From: Caulobacterales bacterium | Lineage (GTDB): Bacteria > Pseudomonadota > Alphaproteobacteria > Caulobacterales > Caulobacteraceae | Direction: 5' to 3' | NCBI GenBank assembly: GCA_017302335.1 | Contig: JAFLCT010000001.1 | Location: forward strand, 343 to 64,342 | DNA length: 64,000 nucleotides | Shown: positions 1-9,373 of the stretch, in pieces | How the letters are laid out: the number at the start of each line of letters is the position of its first letter | Numbering within the stretch: the stretch's first letter is position 1 | Position numbers and translations under genes: made by a program | Notes under the pieces: model-generated | Told to the model about the DNA's origin: nothing | The model's input: the letters and a program-made list of their open reading frames with translations, nothing else | Database searches by the model: none

Positions 1-37
1 AGGTCGTCGCTCTGGTCAAGGCGACGGCGACGGCGCG

Positions 38-1228
38 CTACGCCTGAACACGCGGACGCGGCAAGGCCAGCATCGGGCCATAGACCACGGCGAAGGTCAG
101 GAACGCCGAACACCACAGCCCCGCCGAAATGATCAGCAGCGGCTGATACAGCGTCGGGGTCAGCCCGCCAGCGACCCGCGTCAACGCCGCCGCGTTGATC
201 AGGATGTAGATCAGCGATCCGGTCCAGCCCGCCGTCAGCGGCCGGCCCGTGTGGCCCCTCCCCGCCCGCGTCATGACCGCCAGGGTCATCACCCCGATGG
301 CGCCCGCCGTCAGGGCGTGGATACCCGCCGAGGGCGAGACGGCGCTCGGCCAGAGCACCGAGGCGCCGATCAGACCCAGCCCGACCGCCAGCCATAGGTA
401 GCCGAGGTGCAGGATCAGCACGAGCGGTTCGGCGCCCGTGGCCTCGCCCCGCCAGCGCGCCAGCCGGACCAGATTTAAGGTCCCCGCCGCCGCCATGGCC
501 CAACCGACCAGGGCCTGGTTCGGCGCCGCCGCCCAACCGGCTAGGGCCAGGCCGGTCACCGCCAGGGTCAGGGCGTCGAACCGCCCCGTCGTTGCGGGCA
601 GCGGTCCCTGGCGCTTCAATTGCCAGTTGCGGGTGAAGCTGGGCGTGATCCGCCCGCCGATCAGGGCGATCAGCATCGCGATCAGGGCCAGGGCCGCGCG
701 CGTGGCGACCGGCGCAAGACCGCCCGACAGATGCGCCTCGACGTGGAAGCCGACGTTGGACAGGGCCAACAGGCTGACCATCACGGCGACCGGCAGGTTG
801 CGCCAGTTCCTGCCCGCCAGAATTTCACGCCAGATCAGTCCGGCCATGGCCAGCAGGAACAGGCTGTCGATCACCGATGGCCAGATCGCCGTCGCCAGCT
901 CCGGGCTGAACGCCGTCGCCAGCATCGCCGCCCGACCGGCCAGCCACAGCCCGACCATCGCCATAAGGGGTCCCCCGACCACCGGCATCCGACCGGTCCA
1001 GTTCGGCACGGCGGTCATCAGGAAACCGACGATGACACCGCCCGCATAGCCGAACAGCATTTCATGGACGTGCCAGGTCAGACCCACCGGGCCGCCCGCC
1101 GCGAAGGCGTGGACCCACAGGGGAACCGCCACGGCGGCCCAGATCGCCGAAAACAGGAAGAAGGGTCTCAGGCCGATGCTGAACAAGGCGGGTCCCTGAT
1201 AGGCCCGCATCGCGGCGGCGGTGTTCAT
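38..1228 (-). CDS. nnrS: NnrS family haem/copper membrane protein (NO-stress associated)
   Basis: ORF 38..1549 trimmed to the ATG at 1228 (MNTAAAMRAYQGPALFSIGLRPFFLF...). The product is polytopic and hydrophobic throughout. The 107 codons upstream are Arg/Pro-rich and overlap the nrdJ 3' end. Confidence 0.8.
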   Translation of the reverse strand: MNTAAAMRAYQGPALFSIGLRPFFLFSAIWAAVAVPLWVHAFAAGGPVGLTWHVHEMLFGYAGGVIVGFLMTAVPNWTGRMPVVGGPLMAMVGLWLAGRAAMLATAFSPELATAIWPSVIDSLFLLAMAGLIWREILAGRNWRNLPVAVMVSLLALSNVGFHVEAHLSGGLAPVATRAALALIAMLIALIGGRITPSFTRNWQLKRQGPLPATTGRFDALTLAVTGLALAGWAAAPNQALVGWAMAAAGTLNLVRLARWRGEATGAEPLVLILHLGYLWLAVGLGLIGASVLWPSAVSPSAGIHALTAGAIGVMTLAVMTRAGRGHTGRPLTAGWTGSLIYILINAAALTRVAGGLTPTLYQPLLIISAGLWCSAFLTFAVVYGPMLALPRPRVQA

Positions 1229-1306
1229 GAGCGGCGTCCCTTCATGGCGGCTCCTCAGCCTAGAGGATGGGGTCGCAATCGTACTTGACCCGCGCGAACC
1301 GGTTCC

Positions 1307-1320
1307 TTGTCGTCGATCAA
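1307..1320. promoter_or_regulatory. FNR/Dnr/NnrR-type box TTGTCGTCGATCAA (TTG-N8-CAA)
   Basis: Near-palindrome 79-92 nt upstream of the nnrS ATG. It matches TTGAT-N4-ATCAA at 8 of 10 half-site positions. Confidence 0.4.
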
Positions 1321-1343
1321 GACTGGTCGTTTCCCGCCGCCGA

Positions 1344-3563
1344 CTATCCGCAGCGGGAATAGCCGCACGACAGGCAGGTATCGCACCCCTCCTTGCGCAA
1401 CAGGCCGGGCGCGCCGCAGTGCGGACAGGCGAGGCGCGATGTCGTCGACGGCGTCTCGGCGGCGGCGGGCGGCGCCTCGGCGGTCTGATCGTCGATACCC
1501 ATGTGACGCGCGATGACGTCGCCGATGGCCGCCGGGATCGACGGAACATAGGCGCCCTCCATCCAGGCCCCGCCGGCGGGGTCGAACACGGCCTTCAACT
1601 CCTCGGCCACGAAGCCGACATCGCCGCCGCGCCGGAACACCGCCGAGATCATCCGCGTCAGGGCCACGGTCCAGGCGTAGTGGGCCATGTTCTTGGAGTT
1701 GACGAAGATTTCAAACGGGCGCGGCCCGTTCCGGTCGTCCTGAATGTCGTTGATGGTGACATAGACGGCGTGCGCATCCAGCGGCCAACGCACCTTGTAG
1801 GTCGATCCGGTCAGGCGTCGCGGACGCGGCTCCAACGGCGGGGGTTCCACGGCGGCGGCGGCGGCCGGTTCGGCGACGCTGAGCACCGAGCCGGTGATGG
1901 CGTTGGGCCGATAGGTCGTCAGGCCCTTGCAGCCCATGGTGAAGCCCTGGACATAGACATCGCCGAAGGCTTCGAAACTGATGTCCTCGGGGCAGTTGAT
2001 GGTCTTGGAGATCGAACTGTCGACCAGGCCCTGGGCGGCGGCCTGCATCCGCAGATGGTCCATGGGCGTCAGGGTCTGGGCGCTGACAAAGGCGGGATCC
2101 AGCGGCGCCGCATCGCCCTTCAGCCGTTTCCAGACCGACAGCGCGTAGTCCTGAACCGCCTCTTCGCGCCGCGAACCGTCGGGTTGCAGCACCTTGCGCA
2201 CATAGTCGAAGGCGAACACCGGCTCGATGCCGGACGAGACGTTGCCGGCCAGCAGTGACGTGGTTCCCGTCGGGGCGATCGAGGTCAGGCAGCCGTTCCT
2301 GAGACCGTTGCGACGGATCAGTTCGCGGGTCTCCTCGTCCAGCCGGGCCAGGTTGGGCTGGTCCAGCATCACCGGATCATAATCGGGAAAGACCCCCTTC
2401 TCGCCCGCCAGTTCGGCCGAGGCGCGATAGGCTTCGCGCTGGATCACGCCCAGCCAGCGTTCGGTCAGGGCGACCGCCGCATCCGACCCGTAGCGCGCGC
2501 CGCAGAAGATCAGCGCATCCGCCAGGCCGGTGACGCCCAGTCCGATCCGCCGCTTGGCCTTGGCTTCCGCCTCCTGGGCCGGCAGCGGAAAACGGGAGAC
2601 GTCGATGACGTCGTCCAGCATCCGCACCGCCGTGCAGGTCAGATCGGCCAATGCGGTCTCGTCCAGCGCGGCCCCTTCCTCGAACGGCGACGGGACCAGA
2701 CGCGCCAGATTGATCGAACCCAACAGACAGGCGCCGTAGGGCGGCAGCATCTGTTCGCCGCAGGGGTTGGAGGCCGCGATCGTTTCGCAGTGCGCCAGGT
2801 TGTTGGCGGCGTTGACCCGGTCGATGAAGATCACCCCCGGTTCGGCCGCATCATAGGTGGCGCGCATCAACCGCGCCCACAGATCGGCGGCGCGCACGGT
2901 GCGGAAGACCTGCCCCTTGAAGGTCAACGGCCAATCGGCGTCCGCCGCCAAAGCCGCCATGAAGGCGTCCGTGACCAGAACCGAGACGTTGAAATTGCGC
3001 AGCCGCGCCGGATCGCGCTTGGCGTCGATGAAGGCTTCGATGTCGGGGTGGTCGATGCGCAGACAACCCATCATGGCCCCGCGCCGCTGGCCCGCAGACA
3101 TGATGGTGCGGCACATCGAATCCCACACGTCCATGAAGCTGAGCGGACCGGACGCCTCGGCCCCGACGCCCTTCACCGCCGCGCCCGCAGGCCGCACGGT
3201 CGAGAAGTCCATGCCGACCCCGCCGCCCTGCTGCATGGTGACGGCGGCTTCGCGCAGATGTTCGAAGATGCCGTTCAGGTCGTCGGGCACGGTCCCCATG
3301 ACGAAACAGTTGAACAGGGTGACGGACCGCCCCGTTCCCGCCCCGGCGATGATCCGCCCGGCCGGCAGGAAGCGATAGCCTTCCAGCGCCTCGCGGAACC
3401 GCGCCCGCCAACGCGCCCGCGTCTTGGTCGGCTCGGCCTCGGCCAGGGCTGCGGCGATACGGTCCCAGGTCGCCGAGACTGTGTCGTCCCCACCGCCTTC
3501 ACGCGGATTGAAACGGTATTTCCCGTTCCAGATTTCACCGGCCAAGGGGTTGTCGAACGCCAT
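1344..3563 (-). CDS. nrdJ: Adenosylcobalamin-dependent (class II) ribonucleotide reductase
   Basis: NPCGEQMLPPYGACLLGSINL active-site loop and a C-terminal Cys-rich zinc ribbon (CPHCG...CDTCLSCG). Start trimmed to the ATG at 3563 (MAFDNPLAGEIWNGKYRF). Confidence 0.9.
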   Translation of the reverse strand: MAFDNPLAGEIWNGKYRFNPREGGGDDTVSATWDRIAAALAEAEPTKTRARWRARFREALEGYRFLPAGRIIAGAGTGRSVTLFNCFVMGTVPDDLNGIFEHLREAAVTMQQGGGVGMDFSTVRPAGAAVKGVGAEASGPLSFMDVWDSMCRTIMSAGQRRGAMMGCLRIDHPDIEAFIDAKRDPARLRNFNVSVLVTDAFMAALAADADWPLTFKGQVFRTVRAADLWARLMRATYDAAEPGVIFIDRVNAANNLAHCETIAASNPCGEQMLPPYGACLLGSINLARLVPSPFEEGAALDETALADLTCTAVRMLDDVIDVSRFPLPAQEAEAKAKRRIGLGVTGLADALIFCGARYGSDAAVALTERWLGVIQREAYRASAELAGEKGVFPDYDPVMLDQPNLARLDEETRELIRRNGLRNGCLTSIAPTGTTSLLAGNVSSGIEPVFAFDYVRKVLQPDGSRREEAVQDYALSVWKRLKGDAAPLDPAFVSAQTLTPMDHLRMQAAAQGLVDSSISKTINCPEDISFEAFGDVYVQGFTMGCKGLTTYRPNAITGSVLSVAEPAAAAAVEPPPLEPRPRRLTGSTYKVRWPLDAHAVYVTINDIQDDRNGPRPFEIFVNSKNMAHYAWTVALTRMISAVFRRGGDVGFVAEELKAVFDPAGGAWMEGAYVPSIPAAIGDVIARHMGIDDQTAEAPPAAAETPSTTSRLACPHCGAPGLLRKEGCDTCLSCGYSRCG

Positions 3564-3663
3564 GTCTCGCTCCCGTCGAAAGAGATCGAAGGCTTTCTGA
3601 TTCTCTGCGGCGCCGTGAAGATGCGCACCACGGGTGAGACCCCGACGTCGGTCAAGACGAGGC

Positions 3664-3677
3664 TTGATCCACCTCAA
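3664..3677. promoter_or_regulatory. FNR/Dnr/NnrR-type box TTGATCCACCTCAA
   Basis: Lies in the divergent nrdJ/hemerythrin intergenic region, 49 nt upstream of the hemerythrin ATG. One mismatch to TTGAT-N4-ATCAA. Confidence 0.45.
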
Positions 3678-3725
3678 TCCAGATCGCGCGTTTCGGGCCT
3701 ATCTGGGTGCGAAAGGAGCCGCTCG

Positions 3726-4223
3726 ATGGCCTTCCTGGTCCCGATCCAGACTGAAATTCCGCCGCCGACCGAGGACCTGATCGCGGACATCCTGGTGCGG
3801 CGTCACGCCGCCAATCGGCGGCTTCTGGCCAAGGCGATCCGACTGGCGACGCGGGTGGAGCGCGCCCATGGCGTCCACGACGCCTGCCCGCATGGTCTGG
3901 TCGACCTGTTGCTGCTGATTAGCGACGATCTGGAGGATCATCAGCAGAAAGAAGAAGCCGTGCTGTTCCCGCTGATGCTGTCGAACACGGCGCGATCGCT
4001 GGCCGGGCCGCTGTCGCGGATGCGCCGGGATCACGATGGTCTGGTCAGCCTGGTAGAGGGGTTGAGCGCCCTGACCGACGGCTTCAGCCCGCCCCCCGAC
4101 GCCTGCGCGACCTGGCGCGCCCTCTACGCCGCCTGCGCCCAGCTCGATATCGGTCTGAACGCCGACATCGCCCTGGAGAACGACGTGCTGTTTCCACGTT
4201 TCAGCCGACGGCCGTCGGTCTAG
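3726..4223 (+). CDS. Hemerythrin-domain protein (ScdA/YtfE/DnrN-like di-iron protein)
   Basis: This is the C-terminal 165 codons of ORF 2790..4223, starting at the ATG at 3726. It has the H...HxxxE pattern (LEDHQQKEEAVLFPLM, RRDHDGL, ENDVLFPRF). Its context with nnrS supports the call. Confidence 0.7.
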   Translation: MAFLVPIQTEIPPPTEDLIADILVRRHAANRRLLAKAIRLATRVERAHGVHDACPHGLVDLLLLISDDLEDHQQKEEAVLFPLMLSNTARSLAGPLSRMRRDHDGLVSLVEGLSALTDGFSPPPDACATWRALYAACAQLDIGLNADIALENDVLFPRFSRRPSV

Positions 4224-5407
4224 AAATCCAGCACCGAGACGATCTCGCCGACCTCGGCGGCCGGCGAGGACGGATAGCGGCGGATCAGCACGTCGGCTGC
4301 CGCCAGGGCGCGTTGGGCGCCGGAATCCTGATCGCTCAGCGCCTGGACACGCCCGTTCAGAATGCGGCCGCGCTCCAGGGTCTCGCGATCCCCGGCGGGC
4401 TTCAGCGGCGCGCCCAGGACCGCTTCGCGCCAGGCCAGGGCCTCGACAGGATCGCGCCCCGAAAGACCGGCCAGCAGCGGCGCCAGGAACAGGCGCCCCG
4501 TGACCATGGCCGAGGTCGGATTGCCCGGCAGGCCCAGCACCAGCCGGGCGCCCGCGCGGGCGAACCAGACCGGCTTGCCCGGCTTGATCGCCACCTTGGC
4601 GAAGATCAGGTCCAACGCGCCGTCTGGGAACATGGATTTGGCGAAGTCGCGCTCGCCGACCGAAGCCCCGCCGGTGACCACCACCACATCGGCGTCGTCC
4701 AGAGCCTGGCGCGCCGCGACCTCTAGGGCCGCGGGTTCATCGGGTAGTCGACGACGGCCGATCACCTGGCCGCCCCAGGCCCAAGCCAGGCCCATGACGC
4801 CGAACGAGACGCTCTCGGGAATGGCGCCGGGCGTCTCCAAGGCCCGCCCCGGCTCGGCCAGTTCGTCGCCGGTGCCCAGGATGACGACCCGCGGCCGACG
4901 ATACACCGACAGGTGATCCCGATCGGCGGCGGCGGCGGCGACCAGCGCCCGTGCGTCCAGCCGCCGTCCCGGCTCCAAGAGAACATCGCCGACCTTGAAG
5001 TCCGATCCGGCCGCACGGATGTGCCGCGCCGCGCCGGGCGCCGCCTCGAACACGGCCGCGTCGCCGTCCGGCCGGACCTGTTCCTGGATCACCACCCGAT
5101 CCGCACCCGGCGGGACCGGGGCGCCGGTGAAGATGCGCGCGCAGGTTCCAGGCTCCAGCGGAGCCGGATCGGCCGCCCCGGCGAAAATCCGCGCGGCGAT
5201 CGGCAGGCGCGCGGGCGTCGTCGCCAGGTCCGCGTCGAACACGGCATAGCCGTCCATCGCCGACACCGCCGCCTGCGGCGCATCGCCGCGCGCCGAAAGC
5301 GGCGCGGCCAGCACGCGACCGTAGGCGGCTTCCAGCCCAACAGGCTCATCGCCCAGCGGACGAGCCTGCGCCAGCAGCCGCGACAACCCTTCGTCCAGAG
5401 AGATCAT
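4220..5407 (-). CDS. moeA: Molybdopterin molybdotransferase
   Basis: MISLDEGLSRLL...SAMDGYAV...GGASVGERDF...PGNPTSA, the typical MoeA architecture. Start trimmed to the ATG at 5407. Confidence 0.9.
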   Translation of the reverse strand: MISLDEGLSRLLAQARPLGDEPVGLEAAYGRVLAAPLSARGDAPQAAVSAMDGYAVFDADLATTPARLPIAARIFAGAADPAPLEPGTCARIFTGAPVPPGADRVVIQEQVRPDGDAAVFEAAPGAARHIRAAGSDFKVGDVLLEPGRRLDARALVAAAAADRDHLSVYRRPRVVILGTGDELAEPGRALETPGAIPESVSFGVMGLAWAWGGQVIGRRRLPDEPAALEVAARQALDDADVVVVTGGASVGERDFAKSMFPDGALDLIFAKVAIKPGKPVWFARAGARLVLGLPGNPTSAMVTGRLFLAPLLAGLSGRDPVEALAWREAVLGAPLKPAGDRETLERGRILNGRVQALSDQDSGAQRALAAADVLIRRYPSSPAAEVGEIVSVLDF

Positions 5408-5720
5408 ATGTCGTCCTTCGGAAATGTGCGCCGCAGAGGTCCCCGGGACGCCTCGGCGCTTGTCTTCAGTCAAGCGGGGATCACACCTTCATCACGGCGC
5501 TGTCCGGCCGCGACGGCTAATGTTTGTCCATCGTCGAGCGCTCGATTCCATCCCCGGTCCGAGCCTGGACGACCGGTTGGGTCGGGTCCTGCTCCCGCGC
5601 CAGCCACGGTGGGGCGGTGATGACGGTAGTTTGAGTTCCTTGTCGCCGCCTCATTCCCATTCTCCTGATCCCCTCGCCCAGGTCGCGTCGTCAGCCACGC
5701 CGCCCTGACGCGCCGAAGGT

Positions 5721-6197
5721 CTAGATCAGCGCGGTCCAGTCGCCAGACTTGCCGCCGGTTTTGGAGATCAGGCGAATGTCGCGGATGACCATGCCCTTAT
5801 CCGCCGCCTTGAGCATATCGTAGAGCGTCAGACAGGCGACCGAAACGGCGGTCAGGGCCTCCATCTCCACGCCGGTGACGCCGGTCAAGCGCACCTCGGC
5901 GCGGACCCGAAAGCCGGGCGGCTCGGCCACTGGCGTGACCGCGACCGTCGCCTTCTCAAGCATCAGGGGATGACACAGCGGAATCAGGTCCGACGTCCGT
6001 TTAGCGGCCATGACGCCTGCGATCTCGGCGGCGGCGATCACCGCGCCCTTGGGCGCCGCGTCGTCGATGACCAGGGTCAGGGTTTCGGGCGCGCATTCGA
6101 CCCGCCCTTCGGCCACGGCGATGCGGCGGGTGGCGGCCTTGGCGCCGACATCGACCATGCGCACGCGACCGTCCTTATCCAGATGGGTCAGACTCAT
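5721..6197 (-). CDS. moaC: Cyclic pyranopterin monophosphate synthase
   Basis: 158 aa with MVDVGAK...IPLCHPL...[10 protein letters not shown]...LYDM motifs. ATGA overlap with the moaB stop. Confidence 0.92.
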   Translation of the reverse strand: MSLTHLDKDGRVRMVDVGAKAATRRIAVAEGRVECAPETLTLVIDDAAPKGAVIAAAEIAGVMAAKRTSDLIPLCHPLMLEKATVAVTPVAEPPGFRVRAEVRLTGVTGVEMEALTAVSVACLTLYDMLKAADKGMVIRDIRLISKTGGKSGDWTALI

Positions 6198-6730
6198 GGG
6201 CAGATGCCTCGATAGCGCGGGATCTGGCCGACCAAGGAACAGGGCCTGAAGCGGCTGTCCAGCTCCTCAACCAACACCATGTCCCAGGCGTCGCGACAGG
6301 CCCCCGTCGATCCCGGCACGCAAAACACGAAGGTGTCCTCGGCCTGGCCGGCGAAGGCGCGCGACTGCAAGGTCGCGACCCCGACCGTCTTCAGGCTGGC
6401 CATGTGGAAGACCACCGCGAACCCGTCCAGCTCGCGCCGGAACAGGGGTTTGAGCGCCTCGGGCGTGACATCGCGCGGCGAAAAGCCGGTGCCGCCGGTG
6501 GTGATCACCACATCCACCCGCTCATCCTCGACCCACAGCCTGACCTGATCGCGGATCGCCTCGACCTCGTCCTTGACGATGACCTTGCCCGCCAGGACAT
6601 GACCAGCGCTCTGAAGCCGTTCGGCCAGCAGGGCGCCGGAGGTGTCGGTGATTTCGTCGCGCGTGTCCGACACCGTCAGCACCGCGATGTTCAGGGGGTA
6701 GAAGGGCAGGTCCGCCTGTATTCCAGCCAT
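6194..6730 (-). CDS. moaB: Molybdenum cofactor biosynthesis protein B (MoaB/Mog family)
   Basis: VLTVSDTR...[19 protein letters not shown] motif. The ATG at 6730 overlaps the moaE stop (ATGA). Confidence 0.85.
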   Translation of the reverse strand: MAGIQADLPFYPLNIAVLTVSDTRDEITDTSGALLAERLQSAGHVLAGKVIVKDEVEAIRDQVRLWVEDERVDVVITTGGTGFSPRDVTPEALKPLFRRELDGFAVVFHMASLKTVGVATLQSRAFAGQAEDTFVFCVPGSTGACRDAWDMVLVEELDSRFRPCSLVGQIPRYRGICP

Positions 6731-7191
6731 CAGTCGCTCCAACGCGCCCGGTCGGCGCGATCCCGTTCGGTGGGTTCGATCCAGCGGCCGCCGTCGGGAC
6801 CGCTCTCATGTTTCCAGAACATGGCCTCGGTCTTCAACCGATCCATCAGATAATCCGCCGCGAAAAAGGCCTGGCGCCGATGCGGCGAGGCGACGGCCAC
6901 GAAGACGATGGTCTCGCCCGGCGCGATCTCGCCGCCGCGATGCACGACCAGGACGTCGCTGACGTCGAAACGCGCCGCCGTCGCCTCGGCCAGGACCGAC
7001 AACGACCGCGCGGTCATCACCGGATGCCAGTCCAGCCGCAACCGCTCCACCGCCGCGCCGTCCGCGCCCCGGCCCCGCGCCAGGCCGGTGAAGGACACCA
7101 CCGCGCCGTCGGCGTCTCGCCCCGACAGGAACGCCGCCAGTTCCGCGCCCGCGTCCAGTCCGCCCGTCTCCAGACGCGCTTCGACCGCCAC
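6730..7191 (-). CDS. moaE: Molybdopterin synthase catalytic subunit
   Basis: 153 aa with VSFTGLAR...VHRGGEIAPGETIVFVAVASPHRRQAF...LKTEAMFWKHE. GTG start. Confidence 0.88.
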   Translation of the reverse strand: MAVEARLETGGLDAGAELAAFLSGRDADGAVVSFTGLARGRGADGAAVERLRLDWHPVMTARSLSVLAEATAARFDVSDVLVVHRGGEIAPGETIVFVAVASPHRRQAFFAADYLMDRLKTEAMFWKHESGPDGGRWIEPTERDRADRARWSD

Positions 7192-7194
7192 CGA

Positions 7195-7446
7195 TCAGCC
7201 CCCCGACACGATCGAGAAGAAGACGACGTCCTGGCCCGATCTGACGCCCGCGTCGTCGTCGACGACGACAGCATCCACCGCCGCCCGGATCTGGGGGTTG
7301 AGCAGGATCGTCGCGGCCTCGTCCTGACGGGCCAGTTCGGCGCGGATCTCGCCCACGGTGACGTCATCAACAGCGAAGACCATGGCCCGTTCGCGTCCCA
7401 GTCGGTCGGCGATCTCGCCATAGAAGGAAACCGAGAGCCGGATCAT
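7195..7446 (-). CDS. moaD: Molybdopterin synthase sulfur-carrier subunit
   Basis: 83 aa, ubiquitin-like size, C-terminal GG. Sits immediately upstream of moaE. Confidence 0.85.
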   Translation of the reverse strand: MIRLSVSFYGEIADRLGRERAMVFAVDDVTVGEIRAELARQDEAATILLNPQIRAAVDAVVVDDDAGVRSGQDVVFFSIVSGG

Positions 7447-7451
7447 CTTGA

Positions 7452-9239
7452 TCAGTCCTTCACCGATGCGGTCTCGACCGCTTGCAGGGCCGAAGCCATT
7501 TCCGCGACGAACAGCGTCGCCATTTCATCGCGCATCACAGGATCGCACCAGTAGGGACTCATCACCACCAGGCGGATGACCGACAACTCCTCGCTGTCGT
7601 CGACGCCGTCGTAACCAGCCAGATGGGCGGTCTTCAATGCGGCGCAGTCGCGGCCCAGGGTGGTGCGCGACACGGCGAAGGCCGGAGATTCCTGGAAATA
7701 GGCGAAGACCGCCCCGGTTCGGGCGTTCGAAACGCTGAGCCGCTCGCCGTCTTCGGCCAGGGTGAAACAGGCGATGTTGGCGTCGGCGGGCAGGAATCGC
7801 GCCTGGGGCACGGCCCGCATCACCGCTTCCTCCAGCGCGCGGCGCGCCTCGATCGTGCCGGCCAGGACCGCGCCCAGGCCATCGGGTCCCAGCCCCAGGG
7901 TCTCAGCCGTCAGCCAGGTCGCCGCCGCGCCCGCCGCCGAACGCGACCCCTCCAGCGTCGAGGCCCACTTTCCCGCGCCCAATTCGGGTCGATGCAGATA
8001 GGGCGCATCGAAGGCCGAGACGGCGTAGCTCTGGGCGTCTGACGTCAGGAACGCGCCGCAGGCATAGGGGATGTAGCCCAGCTTGTGCGGGTCGATAGTG
8101 ATGGAATCGGCGCGCGGCAGCGCCCGCAGGGCGGTGCTTACATCAGGTCTCAACGCCGTCTCGGAGGCGCCGTCCAGCAGGGCGCGGAAAAACCCGCCAT
8201 AGGCGGCGTCCGCGTGCCGCCAGATGCGCCAGCCGTGCTGCCGCTCCCATTCGTCCAGGCGATCGAACAGGCCGTCGATCGGATCGACCGCCGACATCTC
8301 GGTCGTGCCCGCGACGCCGACCGTCATCAGCACCGGACGGCCCTGGTCGCGCGCCTGAAACACCAGACGCTCGAAATCCTCCAGATCCATTCGGCCGCGC
8401 GCATCCAGCCGCACGCTCCAAAGGGCCTCGGCGCCCAGGCCGAACAGATTGACCCCCTTGTTCCAGGAATAGTGGCGGTTGCCCGGCGCGATCACCACCG
8501 GTCCCAGATAGTCGATCCCCGAAGCCCGACTGATGCGGCGGCCGACATCCAGCGGATTGCTCGCCATGGCGCTGGCCTGTTTCAGCGCGGTCTCGGTGAC
8601 GCCGTGCGCTCGCCAGAGGTCGCGGAACCGGTCCCAGCCCATGTGCGCGGCCGCGAACGGATCGAGCCGTTCGCCGCGCGTCTCGCTGAGGTGCAGCGCC
8701 ATCGCCAGCCAGTGGTCCAGTCGATAGCGTGCGCGCCACATGGCCTCGAAATTGGCCACCGTACCGCCCGAGGTGAAATGCCCCTGGGCCTGGCCGGGGT
8801 CATAGCCCAGCATCGTCGCCAGATGGGCGACGGCCTCGGTCTCGATCACGCTGCCGACCCGGCTGGCCTCGCGCGAGGTGTTGTTGGGATTGTGCAGCAT
8901 GGCCGCGAACCAGCCCAGGATGGCCGGCAGCGACAGGTCCGACTTCATGTGGGCGATGTAGCGCGGCGTGAAGGTCGGGGTCTCTTCGGTCAAGGCCTCG
9001 CGCAGGACCGCCAGACGTTCAGAGAGACGCTCATGCCCGTCCCCCGTCGCAACCGAACCGACGGCGTCGCCCGGCGACTGGAACCGACATCTTCGCCAGT
9101 CGAACCAGTGATCCAACATCGCCAGCATCTCGTCGCGCAGCCACGGCGCGTGCTCGGAGCGCGCACCGGGAAAATGCTGCTGGGCGAAGGCCGTCGCGAT
9201 CTCAGGGGCGGCCGTCGGGTTCATCGTCGAAGACATCAT
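7452..9239 (-). CDS. PLP-dependent group II decarboxylase family protein (substrate unknown)
   Basis: HFTSGGTVANFEA and the PLP-lysine motif SITIDPHKLGYIPYACG. The start is uncertain: ATG-ATG at 9239 or TTG at 9287. The stop lies 5 nt from the moaD start. Confidence 0.75.
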   Translation of the reverse strand: MMSSTMNPTAAPEIATAFAQQHFPGARSEHAPWLRDEMLAMLDHWFDWRRCRFQSPGDAVGSVATGDGHERLSERLAVLREALTEETPTFTPRYIAHMKSDLSLPAILGWFAAMLHNPNNTSREASRVGSVIETEAVAHLATMLGYDPGQAQGHFTSGGTVANFEAMWRARYRLDHWLAMALHLSETRGERLDPFAAAHMGWDRFRDLWRAHGVTETALKQASAMASNPLDVGRRISRASGIDYLGPVVIAPGNRHYSWNKGVNLFGLGAEALWSVRLDARGRMDLEDFERLVFQARDQGRPVLMTVGVAGTTEMSAVDPIDGLFDRLDEWERQHGWRIWRHADAAYGGFFRALLDGASETALRPDVSTALRALPRADSITIDPHKLGYIPYACGAFLTSDAQSYAVSAFDAPYLHRPELGAGKWASTLEGSRSAAGAAATWLTAETLGLGPDGLGAVLAGTIEARRALEEAVMRAVPQARFLPADANIACFTLAEDGERLSVSNARTGAVFAYFQESPAFAVSRTTLGRDCAALKTAHLAGYDGVDDSEELSVIRLVVMSPYWCDPVMRDEMATLFVAEMASALQAVETASVKD

Positions 9240-9373
9240 GGCCCGCCCATAGCGGGTCGGGACGGGATCACCCTTGTCATGTGTCAAACCCGGCCTTCAC
9301 CGCCGTCAATGCGACCACGCCTGAGGTCGGCGAGGCGTCAAGACCGGTTTCCGCCTTCGGCGCGAGGCTGCGC

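Noticed and set aside
3-47. Possible 3' end of a plus-strand CDS entering from the left edge (...VVALVKATATARYA*).
   Set aside because: Only 14 codons are visible, with no motif. It overlaps the nnrS stop region. This is too little evidence to report as a feature.
1229-1549. N-terminal extensions offered by the ORF track. Examples: nnrS to 1549, nrdJ to 3677, moeA to 5473, the tubulin-like gene to 16313, the TonB receptor to 47272, kduD to 49650, pectate lyase 2 to 52842 and GH13 to 58203.
   Set aside because: The extensions are Arg/Pro-rich, overlap neighbouring genes, and come before internal ATGs that give family-typical N-termini or signal peptides. For the tubulin-like gene, the extension overlaps a separate 4-TM gene in another frame.
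4205-4218. 14-nt perfect palindrome CCGACGGCCGTCGG at the convergent, stop-overlapping (CTAG) ends of the hemerythrin gene and moeA.
   Set aside because: As a hairpin it gives only about a 5-bp stem with a 4-nt loop and no U-run. It is probably coincidental coding sequence rather than a terminator.
5521-5600. Possible Moco riboswitch: a CCGAGCC-containing GC-rich stem region in the moaC-moeA gap.
   Set aside because: The element I thought I recognised is on the plus strand, antisense to the moa/moe genes. I cannot reconstruct the consensus reliably from memory. It needs a covariance-model search, so I am not calling it.
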